DNA from: Octopus sinensis
Lineage: Eukaryota
Assembly (NCBI RefSeq): GCF_006345805.1
Contig: NC_043019.1
Coordinates: 17,421,360-17,485,359, forward strand
Length of the DNA: 64,000 nucleotides
Reading direction: 5' to 3'
Part shown: positions 36,151 to 48,210 of the stretch, piece after piece
Position numbering within the stretch: position 1 is the first letter of the stretch
Layout of the letters: the number at the start of each line of letters is the position of its first letter
Notes under the pieces: model-generated
What the model was told of the DNA's origin: nothing
Databases searched by the model: none
The model's input: only the letters and a program-made list of their open reading frames with translations
Translations under genes and position numbers: made by a program

Positions 36151-36981
36151 ACATAGTACCAGTTTAGTTTATATATGTATGCACATAAATGTGTGTGTGT
36201 GTAAATATGTGTATATGTTTATATGTATGTATATATCTGCTAGATCAAGGCTTGGGTAGGGGTTCAAATGAGACCTTGCTGCTTCATAAAAAGTAAAGGC
36301 TCATTCGATAATGTAGTCCTTGATACATTGTGCTTGAATAACGACATTGGTTCTGGACAGAGCACATTTAACTATAGCCATACTGAAGATAAACAGCAAC
36401 AGTCAATCTCTCTCAAATCATAGACTACCATACTAATAAAAGTTGACCGCATTGGATAATGGCATCTTAGGCACTGCATGATATCTAAACAACGATGGAA
36501 TGATCATGGCCAGAGCACCTTTGTGTGTGTGTGTTTACATTGTGCTGCTTCACCAACTTGGCTGGAACCTGGTGCATGCATTCCTTATTGTGCCCCTGGG
36601 AAGATCTTCAAACACCTTAATCTGTTGGATTGTGGCTGGGAGATAACAGTTTACTCAAAGTAGCTGTCCTTTGCTTCCACCATGACCTCAAAACAGCTCT
36701 GGAATCTGGTGCATACATTCCTCTCTGTGTCTCTCGGAAAACCTTGAACACCACCTTGATATGTTGAATTAATATTGACCTGGGGCTAAATAACAACAAT
36801 AATGGCAACTCCTGCATTCAGCATTGATAGGAACTAAAACTGTAATAGTTTTAGTTTTTGCTGTTATGTTTTAGCCTTTCTTGTTAAAAGGAAACCCCAG
36901 ATTACGCTTGAATTAGGCATCTCCAACAAAATATTAATGCAAGGTTTAGCAGATCTAAGCTGGTAAATGTATGTGATGGCA

Positions 36982-37322
36982 CATCATCATCATCATCATC
37001 ATCATCATCATTTAACGTCTGCTTTCCATGCTAGCATGGGTTGGACGGTTCAACTGGGGTCTGGGAAGCCAGAAGGCTGCACCAGGCTCCAGTCTGATCT
37101 GGCAGTGTTTCTACAGCTGGATGCCCTTCCTAACGCCAACCACTCCGTGAGTGTAGTGGGTGCTTTTTACGTGCCACCGGCACAGGTGCCAGACGAGACT
37201 GGCAGACGGCCATGATCAGATGGTGCTTTTTACGTGCCACCGGCACGGGGACCAGACGGAGCTGGCAATGGCCACGGTCAGATGGTGCTTTTTACGTGCC
37301 ACCGCCATGGAGGCCAGTCAGG
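36982..37322 (-). mobile_element. RTE LINE 3' UTR fragment
   Basis: (CAT)n tail, three GGTGCTTTTTACGTGCCACC modules. Confidence 0.9.
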
Positions 37323-37450
37323 CCACATTAGTTTGAAAACATTGCTGAGCAGCAGAAATAAATTAATATCAAAAGATAAAGTTATTCTGTATGAGAGTGT
37401 GAAAAGTGGTTGAGCTAAAAAACGGTGATGTTTAAATGTCGGATTATCTT

Positions 37451-37665
37451 TAATCCTTTAGCATTCAGATTTCTTTGTCAAATGTATTGCTTATTCACAT
37501 TGTTTTGAATTAATCATGCATTATCTTGTAGCTTCAAGATTTTTTATGGTGTGTTTGAGAATGACACTGTAGGGTAGGTGTGAGAGGTTGGATCTGGTCA
37601 GTTTTAATATGAAACAGGTAGAATATTTGGGATGGATATGTCTGGATTAAATGCTAAAAGATTAA
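37451..37665. mobile_element. piggyBac-type MITE (family B)
   Basis: TTAATCCTTTAGCATT...AATGCTAAAAGATTAA termini; homologous to 2330-2980 and 51618-51842. Confidence 0.75.
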
Positions 37666-37904
37666 AGATTATTAACCTCATCTTTTAGAGATGTGTTAGT
37701 AGCATTGTGGGTGGTGGTGTAAATCTTTTCTTTGTATTTTTAATTGCTTTATCAGACAAAGGACAGCACTCATGGCCTTTCTAACAGGCACTTGAGACTT
37801 GTAGCAGGAGTGGAGGATCATTACAATAGAAAGCAGCTCATCAAATACACTGTGTGATTCTCAGATGAGAGACCTGATCTAAGCTACATGCAACTGTGGC
37901 AGAA

Positions 37905-38447
37905 GTTTTAGTCGAATCAATTGACCCCCAGGACTAGGTTCTTTTAAAGCCTATCGATTTCTTTAGCTGAACTGCTAAATTCTGGGGATGTAAACACATC
38001 AACAATGGTTGTCAAGCGGTGGTGGAGGACAAACACATGCGTGCGCACACACACACACCCACACACATGATGGGCTTCTTTCAGTTTCCGTGTACCAAAT
38101 CCACTCACAAAGCTATAGTAGAAGACACTTGATCCTAGTACTTATTTGTTTATAAGCCTGGTACTTATTCTACCGCACTCTTTTGCTGAACTGCTAAGTT
38201 ACGGGGATTTAAACACATCAGCACCATTTGTCAAGTGGTACTGGTGGTGGGAACATACACAAAGACATACACACACATGTATATGGTGGGTTTCTTTCAG
38301 TTTCCATCTATCAGATCCACCCGCACGGTTTTGGCCAGCCTGAGGCTCTAGTAGAAGACACTTGCCCAAGGTGCCATGCAGTGGGACTGAACCTAGAACC
38401 ATGTGGTTGGTAAGCAAGCTTCTTACCAAATAGTCATGCCTGTGCCT
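37905..38447 (-). mobile_element. Two adjacent degenerate CORE-type SINEs
   Basis: Two successive TTTCAGTTTCC...ACCAAATCCAC...AGAAGACACTTG module sets. Confidence 0.8.
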
Positions 38448-38976
38448 ATGTTTATCTTTTGCTGATGGTTATCAGTAAAATATATGAACCTCAGTAAGAC
38501 TTTGAAAAACCGGTGATTGGCTCATTGAAGATCTATAACCTGGTGCAGGCCCTCTTCTTTATACGTTGCAATATAAAAATGTGCATGCACAAACTCTCCA
38601 CAGCCACATCCTCATCCTCGCATGCGTATAGATGCAAAAGCTGCAGCATAGGGTGTGATTCAACCTTTTATAAGTTGGATATTTCAATCAGGCACCTAAA
38701 ATTGTTTAGATAGAAGCAGTTTGAATTCTCAGGGTTTTCTGCTTTTAGCAAAACAATGGAAATAGGCAAACACTAAGAATATTTATCATTGCATAAGTTC
38801 TTTAGCCCCTCCTATGTTTTAATTTAAATATTTTTGAAGAGTTTTTTTTTTCTTTCTTTGTAAAATAAATACTACGATGGTTTACTTCTGAAGTATTTGT
38901 TTGTAATTACCTCAAAAATTAATTAGATTAATAAGAAATAAAGCGAATTCATTTATTTGAATTCAATCTAAATACA

Positions 38977-39319
38977 ATTGCAGCGTGGAAGGTGTTTATA
39001 AGCCATTTAAGAAACACACAAAAGCCGTTCGATTCACTCCAACATTTAAGTTTAATTTGTCAAAATATTTTCGTCGCTAAAATCCGCGACCTGTTCACTG
39101 ACAAAGTCGTGCAGAGATGCAGCACGGACTTTGTCAGTGAACAGGTCGCGGATTTTAGCGACGAAAATATTTTGACAAATTAAACTTAAATGTTGAACGG
39201 AATCGAACGGCTTTTGTGTGTTTCTTAAATGGCTTATAAACACCTTCCACGCTGCAATTGTTTTCGTTTCAGCACACGATCTCAGATCAAATTACTTGCT
39301 ATGCGAGTACATCTCCGTA
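38977..39319. mobile_element. Palindromic (fold-back) insertion with 12-bp TSD
   Basis: ~140-bp inverted arms 38974-39113 / 39121-39261 plus an unpaired 58-bp tail; AATCTAAATACA at 38965-38976 and 39320-39331. Confidence 0.85.
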
Positions 39320-41981
39320 AATCTAAATACACTTGGAAGTTAAATATATTTGGCACCTAATTAATATCCAAATCTTATAGCAGCAAAGTTGCCTTCAAAC
39401 AACATCCTTAGGAAAGGAAGGACTCATTGGATAATGATGTCATCAATATATTGTATGAAAATTAGATGGCATGGTCATGGCTGGAACGTATTTGCTCATA
39501 ATTTAAGTTTCCTTGATCAGAAATCAACAGCAACATTTCTGATTATATTTCAGCTTTAATCTGAAATTCAGTTCTTAATAACTGAAGGTTTATCAAGGAA
39601 TAAATCATGGAGATTATTCAGTTCGGATTGAGATTCTAGTAACAATTCTTTAATTGTTAATCTGTAATTTTAATTTTTGTTTCATAAGCAATTTTGCAGG
39701 TCTGTCTGTGTGTCTAAGTTTGTGCAACATCTCTTCTGCTTCAAATAAGACCCAAACCTGCAGAAACTCATTTGATGGGTTGTACTGTTATTTGGTGGTA
39801 GACTTAGCCACCCAGCCTTTTGCTGCTTTTAACACATTCCACTCTTGCAAACATTTGGACTAAGCTTCTTATCCAAGGCTAATCTGAATTAAAGTTTCTC
39901 TTCATCATGAAACCCAGAAACCATGAAAAAATATGACTATGGATACTGCCCTCCTCTGCTGAATAACGCAGAATCTTTTTTTTTTACTTGTAAAAGTTCA
40001 AAATTCAATATCAAAACACATATTTTGTTGAAGTTATAACGCTTAAACACATCTCAAGAAAAGATGATGGTAATTAGGCTGAAAGTTTGAAGTCACTTAA
40101 CTCTTCCCCAGATAGAATGAATGAGGCACTCTACTGAAAAGTATTGAATTTAGTTTTTCTTATATATATATTTTAAATGAAAACAAACATTAATAATTCC
40201 TTTTTGATCTCTTCAATATTCTCTTTCTCTTTTTTACAGTTAAAAATGCCCAGGCCGCACAAACATTCACCATGATGTAGGAAAGACAAATATACCGCAG
40301 AACATTGGCAGTTCCTAAACTGGATAAATAAATAATTGTTTCTGTAGGCCTTTGTGCCTCTTCCTTGTTTACAGTTGTGCTTGGACAAATACAGGCTGAC
40401 AACAACAAAGAGAGAGAGAGAGAGAGAGGGAGAGACAAATACACACTTACAGAAAGAGAGAGAGAGTATTTATTTGAAATTTTATAAAGTGAGGAGTGAC
40501 TCTTCCTCCACTTTCAGGATGTGTACCAACTGTAAACTTTTAGCTGATCCATTGCTACATCAGTTGTTTCTTGACTCTAGCACGTGCAAGAGCTCTTTTG
40601 CAGTCCAGAGCATTTTATCTTCCTATCCTATTAATCTTTCATTCACCTCACCAACAGACCACTCCATCTCTTTGCTGACACTCTCTCCTTCTAGTTCTTC
40701 TACATCCTCTCTTATACTACCTATAGCAGCAGCAGCAACAACAAACTCATTTTGATTAGTTACTCAGCAATGTAAGTTACAACTTTTTCCTTCTTGTGTT
40801 CAGTAATTTCCTGTTTTATTGTTTTATCTCTCTTCCTTTTCCTCCCCCCCACTCCCCTCTAATTGAAAACAATTTCTTGATTTGTTGCAGGTCAGCTCTG
40901 ATTCAGCAAGCATATGATGAAAAGCATTGTAGCCATAATATAGGTCTGCATTATGTAATGCTTTTTATTTCTTTCTTTCTTTTGTTTTTTTTTTATTTAA
41001 GACAGTAGTTTGCGGCTGCTATTTTTACAACTTCAAAGACCACCTTATTGGTCTGTAGTCCATGTGTTTATGGTCCAGCAATTTGTTATACATTTATACA
41101 CCTTTGTGTCTACCAAGCAGTACCTCAATTCTCCTCAAGTCGCTGAAGGAGCCTTTATGTGGCCACTTGGCCGTATCATTCTCAAAATGCACTCTACAGT
41201 CTTAAAAAAAAAAAAAAATAAAAAGAAAGGGATACGTTCAATAAATTATGCCACTAAATAAGATACATGGTGGTCATGTGGGGAACTTTTTTCATCATAG
41301 TTCTTCTCAGATCAGTGCTGACTTGCAGCCCAGTGGCAGCAGTGTATTTACATCGGAAGTACCCGTGGCAGTAAATCAGCAGACATTGATTTATAATGGT
41401 GATGTATCAGAAGATCAACGGTTATTGTTCATCCATTCATACAGCTTCTGTCTTTGCACAGTTATCATTAATTTTCTTCTACTTTTCAGTGATATTTAAT
41501 TTGCCTCTGTGACTTGATAATTATGTCTTTAATATCGTTTTACATCTGTTCTCAGTTTCAGCGTGTGCACACATCATCATCATCATCACCACCATCCTTA
41601 TCATAACATCCACTTTTCTGTGTTTGCATGGGTCACACGGAATTCATATACCCAGAAGTGCTTTCTGTCACCAGACTTTCCTTTTCCCGAGCACAGTAGA
41701 TATTTTCTCGTGGCCAGCCATGTTTTCCGTGAAAGACTGGAAAGGAACAACATCGCATGTATAACATTGACGCTTGCTTATAACCATCGGGTGATGGCAA
41801 GAGCAGGTGTTTCTGAATTGCAAGACAACACATGAGAGCTAACCAAGATGTTGTGTGTAAATGGAATAATAGTGCATTTGCATTTAGTGATTCTGAAAAG
41901 GAAGAGGCATGGAAATATTAATATAGAAGGCTCCAGAATTGAAAGTGACAACAGTTTTTTGTTTTGGTATTTGAAATTATT

Positions 41982-42863
41982 ATACTGCATCATAGGATCT
42001 ATGTATCTCATTTATACTTTTAAGAGTGCTGTGTGTGTGCTTCAAAATGAGATCTCTTTTGTAATGTAGCTTTCCACTCCTAATGACAGCAACCTCATTT
42101 CATTCAAGTACATTGAAATAAGTTTTCCAGATGGCCTCTTATTTTCATTAAACAATTTGAAACTTCAGAACAGATGCAGATTCCAAAGCATAGTTGAAAC
42201 TCCTGACATAACTGTTTTATGCATGGAACATTTCTGGAAGTTTACAAATTAAGTCAAACTTGGAGACAGTGTTTATGTTAAGAACCTGTCTCATCAAGTC
42301 AACAGCAAAGTACAGCTTCAGAAATGGAGGCTTTTCATTGGGAGGGGCTAAAGTGAACTGATTTTGTGGTAGATCTGCCCTTGTACTTTAAAAGTTTGCA
42401 TGACTTATGATTTCTGTTGTTCTTCTAAAAGTGCATAGATCTTAGTGGTGGCAGTAAAAAGGGCTCTGGTGGCAGTAAAAAGGGCTCTGGCAGCTCAATA
42501 AAAACTGGTAGATTAGCTTTTTCCATTGGACCGGCATATTGCACTTGTCTCTTGTTTCCATTTGTTGTTCAAGCACTTGTCACAAATTTTTAATGAGATA
42601 CCATTTGAAACTATTTTTTCAGAAGCGCACTTATGCCCAGGATCATATTTGAAGGCAGCTCTTTTCCACAGCTTCTGTGGGTACGTGAGCTTTCTATCTG
42701 GCCTGACACTCTTGAGGGCATTCATAATGCATGCATGGTGAACCTGTTGTTCATCAGGCATTTCTACTTGTCCATGGACAGCCCTGTCTGGTAGCTTTCT
42801 GTTTATAGTGTCATGTTCACTTTCAGTCTCAAATTTCTTGCCAACTGCATTTCCTAACAGCAT
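41982..42863 (-). mobile_element. Helitron Rep/helicase N-terminal relic (pseudogenised)
   Basis: Minus-strand peptides KRAAFKYDP...KICDKCLNNKWKQETSAICRSNGK, LPEP, TFKVQGQIYHKISSL*PLPNEKPPFLKLYF, NEVAV, RDLIL, INEIHRSYDA match the Helitron-like domain order; stops, frameshifts, 21-bp duplication at 42447-42488. Confidence 0.85.
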
Positions 42864-43481
42864 TGAGCTTGCAGTCTTTATTGAGGCAGTTCATCTGTTT
42901 GTTTCCCTCAGAAGCACACTTGCATTCGGCAACAAAAGACATTGGAGTTGTGGCACATATTTTCTGTGCCATTATTGATGGAAACAAATTATTATGAAAG
43001 CAATTGAAAAGCAAGTGTTCTTTCTTGTTAAACCAGAGAGGAAAAAAGTCTTACATCAAGAAAATGAACAACCAGGAAGCTACGTGATCATTGTTGTAGA
43101 ATAAAATTATCAGTGTATGGTGCTGACTTGTGGCTATATCTTAAAGGGAAATTATAAAATGTGATTGCAAGAAATGTAAGTCAGAGTGTATAGAAATTTA
43201 AACGAAAATAGTTTGATATAGTCAAACCTCCAAAGATACTGGAAACATTTCCCCGACCCCTTTGTATTATTTTTGTCTTCTACTCAAATGTTGACACATT
43301 TTTTTGTAATGTAAATATTGAGAGAGATAGAGAAATACATACCAGTAAAAAGAGAGGATTTGTAACAGTCAATGATGAATGGGAGAAGTAAACCATTGAG
43401 AGTCTGAAATGAGTTGGCTGGGGAGAAACAAATGAATGTTAGATAAAAGAGAGAGGTTGGGGCAAGAATTGGACATAGTGT

Positions 43482-43832
43482 GCAGGTATGGCTGTATAGT
43501 ATGAAGCTTGCTTCCCAACCACATGGTTCTGGGTTCAGTCCCACTGTATGGCACCTTAGGCAAGTGTCTTCTTCTATAAGCCTTATGAGTTGATTTGGTA
43601 GACGGAAACTGAGAGAAGCCTGTGTGTGTGTGTTGGTATGTTTCCCACCACTGCTTGCCACCTGTTGTTGTGTCTAAAAGCCTGTAACTTAGAGGTTTGG
43701 CAAAAGAGTTCGATAGAATAAGTACTTGGCTTAAAAAAAAATAAACTGGGTTTGATTATTTTGATTAAAAACTCTCCAAGGCTTGTGGCCCAGGATGGCC
43801 GTCTAATGATTGAAACGAGTATAAAAGAGAAA
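43482..43832 (+). mobile_element. CORE-type SINE, older
   Basis: Family modules present. Confidence 0.85.
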
Positions 43833-44061
43833 AGCCACACAATCACAAACTTAAAAATGAGTCACTATTCAGAACTTGTTTTTGTTGGTATTTGGGTGGC
43901 AGAGGACAAAGCACGAGGAAACTCCACTGAGTAACCCGGGTACACATGGATTTCAGTTAATACTATTCCCTGCTACCTAACACTATTGAATAAATGCATT
44001 GTTTTGATTTATTGCATTTTATACTAGTGTAATATTAGTATCAATTATATATATGCGTGTG

Positions 44062-44102
<41 letters not shown>

Positions 44103-44503
44103 AGGCACAGGCATGGCAGTGTGATAAGAAGCTTGCTTCCCAACCACATGGTTTCAGGTTCAGTCTCACTGCATGGCAGCAAGTGTCTTCTACCACAGCC
44201 TCAGGCCAACCAAAACTTTGTGAATGGATTTGGTAGATGGAAACTGAAGGAAGCCTGTTGTATATCTGTATATATTTATGTGTGTGTATGTGTGTGTGTC
44301 ATTGTGTCTGTGATTATCTCCCCACCACCACCACCTGACAGCCAGTACTGGTGTGTTTACATATCTGTAACTTTGTGGTTTGGCAAACGAGACTGATAGA
44401 CTAAGTATGAGGCTTATGAAAAATAAGTACTGGGGTTGATACATTCGACTAAAAATCCTTCAAGGCAGTGCTCCACCATGGCCACAATCTAATGATTGAA
44501 ACA
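44103..44503 (+). mobile_element. CORE-type SINE, older
   Basis: Family modules present. Confidence 0.85.
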
Positions 44504-44524
44504 GCACGTGTATGTATATATATA

Positions 44525-45312
44525 CAGGGTGTGGTGAAATAACATGGACATCTCATTTTAACAGATATATTTTCCAAAATGACATAAAAATATCTTGAAA
44601 TACTTAAGAGTAAATTGAATTGAATCATCATTGGCTTCAACCATGGCCTCCAGATGACTTCAGAATCTCCTGCAACTCTTCTGGGTCATCTCCTTGATTA
44701 GGTTGGTGAATGCTGCCATAATCCTTTCCTTCAGTTCATCTTTTGTTGGTCTCTCACTCAACTGCACCCCACACATAATAATCAAGGGGGTTGAAGTCTG
44801 GGGAGTTAGGAGGCCAGATGTTAGGGGTGATGTGGTTGCAGAAATTGTCTGACAGCCATGACTGGGTTCTCCTGCTTGTGTGACATGGTGCAGAGTCCTG
44901 TTGCCAGCCATTGGGACTTCCAGCAGCCACCCTCTTGATCCAGGGTAGCACTGCCTCCTTCAGTCACTTGATGTAGGTCTCTGTGTTGAGTGTGAAGCTG
45001 TGTGAGAAGATGAATGGAGGCATAACATCACCATTACTAGTGATCACTCCAAACACCATAATGTTGACTGGATGTTTGATTTTTATCACTCTTGGTACAT
45101 GTTGGTATTGGAGCCTCTGGCATGAATGCCAAGCAGTACAGCATATTGTTTCCAAATTTCTGGCAGAGTGAATTGTATCATGGTGCTGTTTTTCTCACAA
45201 ATGGTTCCCAATTGACCCTACTATACTGTGCAGTCAACAAAATGAAAAACACACAATGCACATGCATGAAATTAAAGATATAAAATGGTGACAATTTAAC
45301 CATCACACCCTC
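44525..45312 (-). mobile_element. DD37D (maT/mori-type) Tc1/mariner transposon, internally deleted
   Basis: KHPVNIMVFGVITSNG, WQQDSAPCH...SPDFNPLD with 37 residues between the D residues; weak TIRs AGGGTGTG[G/A]TG. Confidence 0.85.
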
Positions 45313-45408
45313 TGTGTGTGTGTATATATATAAATAAATGATAGAGAATATTGTTCATTCCATTTTCTATTTAAAATCACTACAATTATTTTGACACATA
45401 CATATATA

Positions 45409-45482
<74 letters not shown>

Positions 45483-45489
45483 ATATTAT

Positions 45490-46055
45490 ATTGAGGGTAC
45501 TACTATTCATAGATACCAACACGCTAAGAGGGACCAATGCGGTCAAAACTACTAAAAATAACAAAATTTTACCGAATGCAAAACTTCAAAACACATCATT
45601 TTAAAAAGAATTCAGTTACATATCACATGTGATTTCGCATTTATGCAGAATATGCATTTCATGTTCGTCAGTGCAACAAACTCAAGAAATATAAGAAAAA
45701 ACATAACATTACAAGCTCGATAGCCAACCGTAGAATTCGTCATAGTATGTACGAATGTTTATCTTTACATATCTATGAAAATGGCGGGCTTTTTCGCAAT
45801 GCATTTTGGTAACAAATTGCCTAGTCGGAATAAAAATTCAGTATTGAACTATTCCAGTGAAAAATATAAATTAACAATTGAGGATAAAATCTTTAAAAGA
45901 AATTATCAGTAGTCAGCGTGAAAACCTCGTAAGAGAAAAAATCCGTAAATTCTTCCTCTTTGAAAATATTAATTTATATTTTACGGATTTTTCTCTACGA
46001 GGTTTTTCACGCTGACTATGATAATTTCTTTAAAGATTTTATCCTCAATTGTTAA
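45490..46055. mobile_element. Non-coding repeat ending in an ~80-bp-arm inverted repeat
   Basis: Arms 45871-45949 / 45980-46055; block bounded by (TA)n on both sides. Confidence 0.6.
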
Positions 46056-46081
46056 TATATATATATATATATTAATATATA

Positions 46082-46122
<41 letters not shown>

Positions 46123-46144
46123 TATCATCAGCATCATATATACT

Positions 46145-46780
46145 CACATGATGGGCTTCTTTCAGTTTCCGTCTACCAAATCCACTCAAGGCTTTGGTCA
46201 GCCTGATACTGTAGTAGAAGTCACTTGCAGAAGGTGCCATGCAGTGGGACTGAACCCTGAACCATATAGGTGGGAAGCAAACTTTGTAACATACAGCCAT
46301 GTCTGCATATATATATATATATATATTCGCAGATGTACCATATGTATTCACATTTTCAGTCGCATTTAGTTGCAATGCAGGATTGGTAGTGAAAACAACA
46401 AACTATTTTAATCATACACAGGCACAGGGATGGCTGTGTGGTAAGAAGTTTGCTTCCCAACCACATTATTCCAGGTTCAATTCTACTGCATGGTAGTTTG
46501 GGCTGTAGCTTCTTGTTGACCAATGCCATGTGATTGGATTTAGAGGTTAGAAACTGAAAGAAGCTCGTTATGTGTGTCTGTTTGTCCCCCACCACTGCTT
46601 GACAACCGGTGTTGGTGTGTTTACATCCCTGTAAACAAGCAGTTTTGCAAAAGCGAATGACAGAATAAGTACCAGGCTTCAATAGAAAATATGTCCTGGG
46701 GTTGATGCATCTGAATAAAATTCATCAAAAAAGTGCCCCAGCATGGCCAGAGTCTAAGTGACTGAAACGAATAAAAAAGT
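46145..46780. mobile_element. Divergent pair of CORE-type SINEs (46145-46305 minus, 5' half; 46420-46780 plus)
   Basis: Family modules in opposite orientations. Confidence 0.8.
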
Positions 46781-47263
46781 AACCGATGGAAGATTACTAC
46801 ATATTTGCCTGGTGGCAAACGACAAATGTGCAAGTGTCTAAATCTATTTCGAGATTATTGGATTCATACCAGCTCAGGAATGGAGAATATTAAGAAATGT
46901 ATTGATCTTAAAAGTTGTTATTATAGTTTGGTATTTGGAAATACTCACTTGTAATTTTGCTTTTAACTTTATATGTTTTTTCAGTTGTCCTACTGACATT
47001 GTTCATTGTAGCCAAATTTATTTATAGTTAATATATTTACCTCTCTATCAGAGTCTAATTATGACTCCCTAGAAACAGCAAAACTTGTTTCAGCACAAAT
47101 TCACATGAAGACTCTTGCTAATCAGACATGAAAACTAATTATGGAATTTAACTAAGTAAATTATGATTTCTGAGGAATACATTGTGGTACAGTTTGTGTC
47201 CAAAGGAAATGTAGGTAGTATCATGGTTTTTAAAATCTACTGCTTTTTCTTCCCCAAGCTATA

Positions 47264-47652
47264 GGCGTAGGGGTGGTTGTGTGGTAAGTAGCTTGCTTAC
47301 GAGCCACATGGTTCTGGGTTCAATCCCACTGCATGGCACTTTGGGCAAGTGTCTTCTACTATATCCTCTGAACAGACAGAGACTGAAAGAAGCCTGTCGT
47401 ATGTATGTATATATATATATATATATATAATGTGTGTGTGTGTCTGTGTTTGTCCCCCCAACATCGCTTGACAACCGATGCTGGTGTGTTTACGTCCCCG
47501 TAACTTAGCGGTTCAGCAAAAGAGACTGATAGCATAAGTACTAGGCTTCCAAAGAATAAGTCCTGGGGTTGATTTGCTTGACTAAAGGCGGTGCTCCAGC
47601 ATGGCCACAGTCAAATGACTGAAACAAGCAAAAAAGTAAAAGTGAGTAAAGA
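47264..47652 (+). mobile_element. CORE-type SINE
   Basis: GGCGTAGGGGTGGTTGTGTGG head to GAAACAAGCAAAAAAG tail; central deletion. Confidence 0.9.
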
Positions 47653-47904
47653 GTATATAAAGTTGTGGGTAGTAAGATATCAAGTGATATACTAAGATGC
47701 ATACATTGAGTGGTCAGACAGAATTTGCACCTAAGTCCCAGCTTTACATGAAAGTGCGTGATGTCAACATATCTATCGAGTTGGTATATGTATAGGAGAA
47801 CAAAAGCATAAACAGGCAGTCAACCGGTATCAAGTCAGTTTATAACGTGTTTTATACTTATATGATACACTGAAGGGAAATGCAAATATACGTAAAGGTA
47901 TATA

Positions 47905-48210
47905 TACACGCGTAAAAAGCACCATCCGAATGTGGCCGATGCCAGCACCCCATAACTGATTTCTGCGCTGGTGGCACATAAAAAACACCAACGGATCATG
48001 GCGATTGCCAGCCTCCTGGCCTCTGTGCCAGTGGCACATAAAAAGCACCCACTACACTCATAGAGTGGTTGGCATTAGGGAGGGTATCCGGCTGTAGAAA
48101 CATTGCCAGATCAGACTGGAGGCTGGTGCAGCGTCCTGGGTTCCCAGACCCTGGTCGAACCGTCCAACACATGCTAGCATGGAAAACGGACGTTAAACGA
48201 TGATCATGAT
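47905..48210 (+). mobile_element. RTE LINE 3' UTR fragment
   Basis: Three AAAAAGCACC/AAAAACACC modules and terminal GGACGTTAAACGATGAT. Confidence 0.88.

Noticed and set aside
38520-38660. Minus-strand RG*GCGCGEFVHAH peptide as a possible selenoprotein
   Set aside because: Extra stops nearby, no convincing splice frame, no SECIS or recognisable family
40490-40755. 133-aa Ser-rich ORF 40354-40755 as a gene
   Set aside because: Starts in (GA)n low-complexity sequence and has no domain; only its last part is kept as a weak exon candidate in another frame
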